Positions 57,930 to 64,000 of a stretch of DNA of 64,000 bases are shown piece after piece. This DNA comes from an uncultured Chloroflexia bacterium. Its GTDB lineage: Bacteria; Chloroflexota; Dormibacteria; Aeolococcales; Aeolococcaceae. The stretch spans positions 36,871-100,870 of the forward strand of contig CAWJCO010000002.1 of the NCBI GenBank assembly GCA_963841385.1, written 5' to 3'. Below the pieces are notes generated by a model. That model saw nothing but the letters and a program-made list of their open reading frames with translations, was not told where the DNA came from and made no database searches. The translations under genes and the position numbers were made by a program. Each line of letters begins with the position of its first letter. The first letter of the stretch is position 1.

Positions 57930-60387
57930 ATGGCGACGAACAGAGGATCGGCCAAGAAGACGGCCAAGCCGGCGGCGCCCGCGGCGCGCCCCGGTTCGCG
58001 CGGCCCCGCCCCGCCCCCCAAGCCCGCCGAGGCGAAGGGTACGGGGCGGACCGCTGCACGCGGCCCCGGGCAGATCACGGCCCGGTCGGCCCAGCCGGGC
58101 GCGCAGCCAGCGCGAGCCTCCGGGCCGCGTCCGGCCGGCGCGCCTTCCGCTCGAGGCGGAGGACGCTCCCAACCCGGGGTCGCCGGGGCGTCGCCGGGCA
58201 AGACGCCGTCCGGGGGAGCACGATCCCCCGCCGGACGCGGGGCCACCCGGCCCTCGACGTCGCGCCCGGCGACGGCAAAGGCGGCAAAGCGCGGGAAGGC
58301 GGCGGCCGCCGCGTCCAGGCCGGCCTCCACCCGCCCCGCCTCGCGAGCGATCGCCACCCGCCCTCCGAGCGTTCAAAGCCCGGCATCCAGGACATCCGCA
58401 TCGAAACCGGCCGCGCCTCAAGCGGGCTCCCGGATCCCGACCCGCCCATCCACCTCCACGACCTCCGCCTCTCGCGGGCGCACCCCGGCTCGGGCCGGCG
58501 GTCCGTCCACCACCCGGCCCACCGCCTCCCGCTCGAGCGGCCGGGGCCCGGCCCCCCGGCTCGATGGCTCCCGTCCCTCCCCAGCCAGACCCTCCGTCCC
58601 CCGCCCGGTCTCGCCGGCCGCGGCTCCCAAGCGGTCCGGCTCCGCGCCGCCGTCCCCCTCGCACACGACCTCTCACGCGCCGGCGTCGAAACCGGCAGCT
58701 CCACGGGCGGGCGCTCGGTCGGCGTCCCGGAGGACGTCCCCCAACCCCACGTCCACGACCACCCGGCCTGGCGCAACACGTCCGGCCGGCAAGCCGGCCT
58801 CCGCCTCTGCCGGGCCCGGGCCCGCCTCGCTCACCGGCGTCGCGCGGGCGGCGGTTGCCACCCTCGCACGCAGCGCCGGCGGGCATCGGGCCAGACCGGA
58901 TGCCCTCACCGAGTCTGGAATGGCCGCGAAAAGGGCACAATCTGGGGAGCCGCCCCGCACCCGGGGTCGCGCGGCGTCCGCCGCGGGAGAGCAACCGGGG
59001 GTGAGACCGGGTGTCCGGGGCGAGGCCCCCGCCGCCGGAGGGGGCGACGAGCATCCTCCTCCAACCTCCAGTGCCGCGGCACCGAGCGATCGGGCCGGAA
59101 CCGCGGCGAGCCTCGCGCCGACGGCTCTCGCCGGCCCCGGGGCGACACCGACCGATCGCCCATCCTCCGATACCCCACTGGTGAAGAAGATCGCAGCTGT
59201 GACAACCTCCGTGAAGCACTCCGACGACCCGATTGACCCGACCCCGACGGGAACGGCTTCGCTTCCCCCGGCGGCAGCGCCCCGAGCCGCCGCGTCGGCG
59301 TCGGCCGGCGTCCTCGCCCCCGATCCGCTGGTGGTGTCCGCGGAGCAGCTGATCGTCCGCGGCAAGGAGGCCGGCTACCTCACTCCGGACGACGTCCTCG
59401 CCGCCTTCCCCGAGATCGACGTGGAGCCGGACCACCTGGAGCGGATCTTCCACGCCTTCCGGGAGATGGGGATCGAGGTCACCGACGGTGACAAGGACTT
59501 CGAGGTCGTGGAGGACGACGAGGAGCTGGTGGCCACCGCCGAGGCGATCGAACTCGGTGTCGCTCGACGACCCGGTGCGGATGTACCTCAAGGAGATCGG
59601 CCGGGTCGCGCTGCTGCGGGCGGAGCAGGAGGTGGAGTACGCCAAGCTCATCGAGCAGGGCGACGAGGACGCCAAGAACGCCCTCACCGAGGCCAACCTC
59701 CGACTTGTGGTCAGCATTGCCAAGAAGTACATCGGTCGGGGCATGTCATTCCTGGATTTGATCCAGGAGGGCAACATGGGCCTGATCCGCGCCGTCGAGA
59801 AGTTCGACTACCACAAAGGGTTCAAGTTCTCGACCTACGCGACGTGGTGGATCCGGCAGGCGATCACCCGGGCCATCGCCGACCAGGCGCGCACCATCCG
59901 GATCCCGGTGCACATGGTCGAGACCATCAACAAGCTGGTCCGGGTCTCCCGCCGCCTGCTCCAGGAGCTGGGTCGCGAGCCCGCCGACGAGGAGATCGCC
60001 GAGGAGATGGGGATCACGCCGGAGAAAGTCCGCGAGATCACCAAGGTCTCGCAGGACCCGGTCTCGCTCGAGACCCCCATCGGCGAGGAGGAGGACTCCC
60101 ATCTCGGCGACTTCGTGGAGGACAAGGAGGCCACCGCCCCCAGCGATGCGGCATCCCTCACCATGCTGCGTACCGAGGTCGAGGACATCCTCGACACCCT
60201 GACGCCCCGAGAGCGTCGCGTCCTCCAACTGCGCTTCGGTCTGATCGATGGACATCAGCGGACCCTCGAGGAGGTCGGCAAGCGATTCGGCGTCACCCGC
60301 GAGCGCATCCGTCAGATCGAGGCCAAGGCGTTGCGCAAGCTCCGCCATCCGTCGCGGAGCAAGAAGCTCAAGGATTACCTGGAGTAG
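57930..60387 (+). CDS. rpoD: Primary sigma factor RpoD, split as assembled by a frame change between regions 1.1 and 1.2; possible ~470-aa basic low-complexity N-terminal extension
   Basis: Region 1.1 ([47 protein letters not shown]) and the acidic linker are in the frame of 57930. Regions 1.2-4.2 ([91 protein letters not shown]) are in the frame of 59488 and end at TAG 60385-60387. The switch is needed around 59550-59565. The start is uncertain: ATG 57930 versus a minimal GTG 59331. Confidence 0.85.
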
Positions 60388-60486
60388 TTTGCGGGTCACC
60401 TCATCGCTGACCGCGCCCGCTGCGACGCGAGCCCGCCATGGCCCGGTCGCAGCCGGTTGCGTGAGCCATCGGAGCATTTCCGACCC

Positions 60487-60492
60487 TATAAT
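60487..60492 (+). promoter_or_regulatory. Candidate -10 box for tRNA-Asn
   Basis: Perfect TATAAT 15 nt upstream of the tRNA 5-prime end, with no convincing -35. Pattern only. Confidence 0.3.
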
Positions 60493-60507
60493 CCCGATTC
60501 GATCCGT

Positions 60508-60582
60508 TCCGGGTTAGCTCAGCGGTAGAGCAGGCGGCTGTTAACCGCAAGGTCACTGGTTCGAATCCAGTACCCGGAGCCA
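60508..60582 (+). tRNA. tRNA-Asn (anticodon GUU), CCA encoded
   Basis: TCCGGGTTAGCTCAGCGGTAGAGCAGGCGGCTGTTAACCGCAAGGTCACTGGTTCGAATCCAGTACCCGGAGCCA. Acceptor TCCGGGT/ACCCGGA, anticodon loop CTGTTAA. Confidence 0.9.
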
Positions 60583-60620
60583 CCGCGACCCACATCCCAC
60601 CAGGATCGAGGAGAACGCCC

Positions 60621-61571
60621 ATGGCTGAGGCCAATCAGGTGGAGGCCGCGCTGGTCGGCCCCACCCCTCCCGACGACCCGGTGGAGCCGGCGAGCGTGGC
60701 GACCCTGCGCTCTCCGTCCACCTCAGAGCTGACGCCGGCGGCAGCGCCGGAGGCGGCCGCCGGAACCGGCGACGCGTCCGCCGGAGCCGATTCCGAGCCC
60801 TCGGCATCGGTTCGCGGCGTCCCCACCTGGACCTTCGCAGTCCCACCGTCCGGCCCCCCGCAGGCGCCCCCGACGACCGCGCCCCCGGCCAGCGCCTCCG
60901 CCGCAGCCGCGCCCGGCTTCCCGCCTCCACCGCCCGCCCCCCCGACGCCCGGCACGGCGCGGAAGGGAGCCACCCCAGCGGTGCAGCTGCTGACCGTCCC
61001 CTCGCTGGGACCCGCCGGCGAGCCGCGCCACCCGGCCGCCGTCACCGCGCTCTCGGTGGTCACCCTCGGCGCCTACGCGGTCGCCTGGCACGCGCGGGTC
61101 AACCGGGAGATGTCCGACTTCGACGCCCGCCTCGAGGTGCGCCCCGCCGCCTCGACCCTCCCGGTGGGCCTGGCCTGGATGATCGGTCTGCTCTCGACCC
61201 TGGCCGGGGCGGCCGCGCTGATCGCCCACCTTCTGCGGGTCGGGCCGCACCTCTTCACGTTCGCGTCCGGCCCCACGCTCCTCGGGGTGACCATACCCTG
61301 GGCCTATCCGATGCTCTGCGGCCTGATCGCCGTTCCCTACCTGGTGCTGCTGCTGCCGACCTCCTCGGTCGCGCTGGTCATGACCCTGGAGCGGGCCCGG
61401 CTGGTCCAGGAGCGGGTCGGCATCCGGCCCGATCGCCAGCTCCACCCGGTGCGCCGCGCCGCACTCCTGCTCCTCCCGGTGGTCGGTGGCCTCTGGCACG
61501 TGGCCTCCGTCCAGGCATGCCTCAATGCCGCCTGGCGGGCGGCGCCTCCTCCTCTTCCACGCCGGCAGTGA
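60621..61571 (+). CDS. Membrane protein with disordered P/A-rich N-terminus and DUF4234-like TM domain
   Basis: ~150 aa of P/A/S low complexity, then AVTALSVVTLGAYAVAWHARVNREMSDF (DUF4234-like helix motif) and three further helices. Followed 10 nt later by the ParA-like gene. Confidence 0.6.
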   Translation: MAEANQVEAALVGPTPPDDPVEPASVATLRSPSTSELTPAAAPEAAAGTGDASAGADSEPSASVRGVPTWTFAVPPSGPPQAPPTTAPPASASAAAAPGFPPPPPAPPTPGTARKGATPAVQLLTVPSLGPAGEPRHPAAVTALSVVTLGAYAVAWHARVNREMSDFDARLEVRPAASTLPVGLAWMIGLLSTLAGAAALIAHLLRVGPHLFTFASGPTLLGVTIPWAYPMLCGLIAVPYLVLLLPTSSVALVMTLERARLVQERVGIRPDRQLHPVRRAALLLLPVVGGLWHVASVQACLNAAWRAAPPPLPRRQ

Positions 61572-61581
61572 GCGGTCCCCC

Positions 61582-62382
61582 GTGGCCATCTCCATCGCGT
61601 GCGTCTCGGGCAAGGGAGGGGTCGGAAAGACGACCACCTGCGCCGCCCTGGCGGGCGCCTTCGGGGAGATGGGCCAGCGGGTCCTCGCCATCGACGTCGA
61701 CCCTCAGTCGAACCTGACCTCGGGGCTCGGTTTCAACCCGTATCAGCTCGAGAGGACGATCGTCGACATCCTGGTCGATCCCGGCCTCACCCCCGAGGCC
61801 GTGACCATCGCCACCGAATGGGAGGGGATCTCGCTGATCCCGGCCTGCCCCGACCTGAGCGCGGTGGAGGGGGAGATGGCCACCACCGTCGGTCGCGAGC
61901 TGCGGCTCCGCGACGCCCTCCGCCGTGGATCGGGCCTGCGCGGCTACGACATCGTGCTGCTCGACACCCCGCCCAACTTCGGGTTCCACACGGTGAGCGC
62001 CCTCGCCGCGGCCTCCTGGCTCCTGGTGCCCCTGCAGATGTCGGGGTACGCCATGAAGGGCCTGAAGGAGGTGCTCCGCACCTACCATGCGGCGAGGGAG
62101 CAGCTCAACCCGGAGCTCCGGATCCTCGGCCTGCTGCCCACCTTCGTCAATCTGCGCACCCGCTTCAGCCAGCAGATGCTCGAGGGCCTCCGGGAGATCC
62201 CGAGCCTGCACGTCTTCGATACCGTGATCAAGGTGACCGTGAAGCTTCAGGAGACGGCCATGGCCGGGGCACCGATCACCGCCTACGCGCGGGGGTCCGA
62301 CGTCGCCCAGGCCTACCGCGGCCTGGCGCAGGAGATCCTCGTGCGCACCGTTCCCCCGCCTCCACCACCCAGTCAGATCTGA
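61582..62382 (+). CDS. Orphan ParA/Soj-type (MinD/ParA superfamily) ATPase
   Basis: Deviant Walker A VSGKGGVGKTTT, AIDVDPQSNLTSGLG, Walker B YDIVLLDTPP, LLVPLQMSGYAMKGL and GLLPTFVNLRTRF. The GTG 61582 start is tentative (in-frame ATG 61525 is also possible). No parB or parS recognised nearby. Confidence 0.85.
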   Translation: MAISIACVSGKGGVGKTTTCAALAGAFGEMGQRVLAIDVDPQSNLTSGLGFNPYQLERTIVDILVDPGLTPEAVTIATEWEGISLIPACPDLSAVEGEMATTVGRELRLRDALRRGSGLRGYDIVLLDTPPNFGFHTVSALAAASWLLVPLQMSGYAMKGLKEVLRTYHAAREQLNPELRILGLLPTFVNLRTRFSQQMLEGLREIPSLHVFDTVIKVTVKLQETAMAGAPITAYARGSDVAQAYRGLAQEILVRTVPPPPPPSQI

Positions 62383-62390
62383 GGGATCGC

Positions 62391-63356
62391 GTGTCGATGG
62401 AGCTAGGCCTGGCCGGCACCGATGTGCCCGAGCGGGAGGTGGCTGGCGCCGGCGGAGTGCACCCCGCGGAGGAGGCCGCGGCCGGCGAGGCTGCGGTCAC
62501 CACGGAGGTGGAGGAGCCGCCCGCCGCGGCCGTCGAGGAACTCGCGGTGGAGGAGGAGGTCGGGGGGTCGCCCGCCGAGGTCGACGAGGAGCCCGGCGCG
62601 GCTGCGGATTCGGCGCCCGCCGAGGTCGACGAGGAGCCCGGCGCGGCTGCGGATTCGGCGCCCGCCGAGGTCGACGAGGAGCCCGGCGCGGCTGCGGATT
62701 CGGCGCCCGCCGAGGTCGACGAGGAGCCCGCCGCGGCTGCGGAGTCGGCGCCCGCTGAGGTCGAGGAGGGGCCCGCCGCCGACGCTGCGGATTCGGCGCC
62801 CGCCGAGGTCGACGAGGAGCTCGCCGCGGTTGCGGAGTCGGCGCCCGCCGAGGTCGACGAGGGGCCCGCCGCCGAGGCTGCGCAGGTGGCCCCCGCCGGG
62901 GCAAAGGATGAGGCCGCCGAATCGGCTGCGGGGGAGCCCCTCGCCCAGGTCGAGGAGGGGCCCGCCACCGCGGCTGCGGAGGTGGTGCCCGCCGGGGCCG
63001 GGTCGGCGCCGGCCGGCCCGGTGCGCGCCTCGTCGATGGACTCCACCACCCTCCCCGACCGCTCGCGGCACGATGCGGCGAGCCGGCGGCAGCGGCATCG
63101 CCGCAGCGCCGCCCGGCTCCCGGCCGTGGTCACCCCGGTGGACATCCCCGAGGACGCCGAGGGGCGGATCGACATCGTCGTCATCCGCGCCGCCCCCGAC
63201 CGCGACGAGCCCGGGCTCGGCCTGCCGGGGGCATCGGCGCCCGGCGGAGAACGGGTCCGCTACCTCCTGACCCTGGGCTCGGGATGGGTGGCGGTGGGCG
63301 GCCTCGCCGCTCTGCTGATCGTCGTCTTCGTCGTGCTCGAACTCATCTATCGATGA
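62391..63356 (+). CDS. Tail-anchored hyper-acidic repeat protein (partner of the ParA-like ATPase?)
   Basis: Starts 8 nt (GTG 62391) or 14 nt (ATG 62397) after the ParA-like stop. ~170 aa of A/E/P/D repeats (AEVDEEPGAAADSAP x3 perfect plus 4 degenerate), a basic patch RSRHDAASRRQRHRRSAARL, and a C-terminal TM WVAVGGLAALLIVVFVVLELIY. Confidence 0.65.
   Translation: MSMELGLAGTDVPEREVAGAGGVHPAEEAAAGEAAVTTEVEEPPAAAVEELAVEEEVGGSPAEVDEEPGAAADSAPAEVDEEPGAAADSAPAEVDEEPGAAADSAPAEVDEEPAAAAESAPAEVEEGPAADAADSAPAEVDEELAAVAESAPAEVDEGPAAEAAQVAPAGAKDEAAESAAGEPLAQVEEGPATAAAEVVPAGAGSAPAGPVRASSMDSTTLPDRSRHDAASRRQRHRRSAARLPAVVTPVDIPEDAEGRIDIVVIRAAPDRDEPGLGLPGASAPGGERVRYLLTLGSGWVAVGGLAALLIVVFVVLELIYR
62574..62894 (+). 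repeat. 45-bp (15-codon) in-frame tandem repeat, 7 units (3 identical, 4 degenerate)
   Basis: GCCGAGGTCGACGAGGAGCCCGGCGCGGCTGCGGATTCGGCGCCC at 62574, 62619 and 62664 (identical). Diverged units start at 62709, 62754, 62802 and 62847. Confidence 0.9.
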
Positions 63357-64000
63357 GGCGCCGGCCATGCGCCGGGGCGGCGCTGACCGTTGCCGCGGCC
63401 GGCTGGGTGGGGGCATCCGGGTTCGTCTACTGGCGGACGTTCGGGCGGTTCCCCCGGCTGGCCCGCGACTCCCGCCGTCTGATCCCGGCCGACTTCGAGA
63501 TGGCTTACGAGGAGCTCGCGGTGCGGACCGCCGACGGGTTCCGCCTGCTCACCTGGCTCCTGCCCGGCCCGCGCAACGCGGTGGTGGTGATCAGCGGCGG
63601 CCACCGCGGCCACATCAGCGATGTGCTCGGGATCGCGGCCGCCCTGCGCCGAGCGGGTTTCTCGGTGGTCGTCTACGGATGGCGCGGCACCCCGGGGAGC
63701 GATCCCGCGGCGCACACCCTCGGGGCCCACGAGCGTCGCGACCTGATCGCCGTCCTGGACGCCGTGGGGGGCCGGCTCGGGGAGATCCCCATCGGCCTGC
63801 TCGGCTACTCCATGGGGGGCGCCGTCTCCCTCTGCGTCGCCGCCGACGAGCCGCGGGTCGCGGCGGTCTGCGCGGACAGCGCCTTCGCCGACCCTGTCGA
63901 ACTGCTGTTGGAGCGGACCGGCCGCCGCTTGCTGATGCCACCTGCGCTGGTGGTCACCCCAGCCCTGGCCCTCCTCAAGGGCCGGACCGGCGCCCGGCTG
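63353..64000 (+). CDS. Membrane-anchored alpha/beta hydrolase (partial, runs off window)
   Basis: Not in the ORF track because no stop falls in the window. ATG 63353 overlaps the upstream stop (ATGA). TM ALTVAAAGWVGASGFVYW, then VVVISGGHRG... and the nucleophile elbow GLLGYSMGGAVS. 216 codons are open to the window end. Confidence 0.75.
   Translation, partial: MRRRPCAGAALTVAAAGWVGASGFVYWRTFGRFPRLARDSRRLIPADFEMAYEELAVRTADGFRLLTWLLPGPRNAVVVISGGHRGHISDVLGIAAALRRAGFSVVVYGWRGTPGSDPAAHTLGAHERRDLIAVLDAVGGRLGEIPIGLLGYSMGGAVSLCVAADEPRVAAVCADSAFADPVELLLERTGRRLLMPPALVVTPALALLKGRTGARL

Noticed and set aside
57914-59236. 440-aa alternate-frame ORF fitting neatly between dnaG and sigma region 1.1
   Set aside because: The product is about one fifth Arg with scattered Cys/Trp/His and no motif, like an out-of-frame reading. 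The region-1.1 frame gives a more natural A/P/S/T/K/R disordered sequence. This is not fully excluded, and coding-potential statistics are needed.
55620-59777. 1385-aa minus-strand ORF, the longest in the track
   Set aside because: It is antisense to dnaG, rpoD and a small gene, all of which carry unmistakable motifs on the plus strand. Its product is Arg/Gly/Pro-rich without motifs. This is a typical stop-codon-poor artefact of very high GC.
62574-62894. Regularly spaced 45-bp repeats as a possible CRISPR array
   Set aside because: The units are directly abutting with no unique spacers. They are in frame within an ORF, and no cas genes are present.

Overview
Very GC-rich (by eye about 70 percent, not computed) bacterial chromosomal window packed with housekeeping genes. 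The synteny looks like Actinomycetota-like Terrabacteria: rplU-rpmA-obg-nadD-rsfS, holA/rpsT, ispE, zwf-glk, malQ/glgX, a hexuronate cluster (manD-kdgK-uxaC-uxuB), glmU-prs, recO-glyQS, msrA, ppdK and dnaG-rpoD. There are four tRNAs (Ala-CGC, Ala-GGC, Gln-UUG, Asn-GUU), no rRNA and no CRISPR. I call about 60 CDS or pseudogenes. Most of the very long ORFs in the supplied track are antisense or alternate-frame artefacts of high GC. Items worth a second look: (1) A 3.7-kb integrative island in tRNA-Ala(GGC), bounded by a perfect 50-bp direct repeat, carrying a tyrosine integrase, hicAB and orphan immunity-like genes. (2) One-base frame disruptions in three conserved genes: nadD at a C5 run, zwf at a C10 run (which creates a spurious Zwf-glucokinase fusion ORF), and rpoD between regions 1.1 and 1.2. 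There are also in-frame stops in a xylA remnant and a DUF1851 gene. Assembly indels versus real contingency loci or pseudogenes needs read-level checking. (3) An uncharacterised four-gene operon after tRNA-Asn: a DUF4234-like membrane protein, an orphan ParA/Soj-type ATPase, a tail-anchored hyper-acidic protein encoded by 45-bp tandem repeats, and a membrane alpha/beta hydrolase. (4) A two-gene module of a multi-zinc-ribbon protein plus a 531-aa protein with a duplicated domain and a Gly/Met repeat. (5) A 31-codon bS22 ribosomal protein gene absent from the ORF track. (6) Long low-complexity extensions on L21, L27, S20 and possibly RpoD. All functional calls rest on motif recognition in translated ORFs. 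No database search or computation was run.
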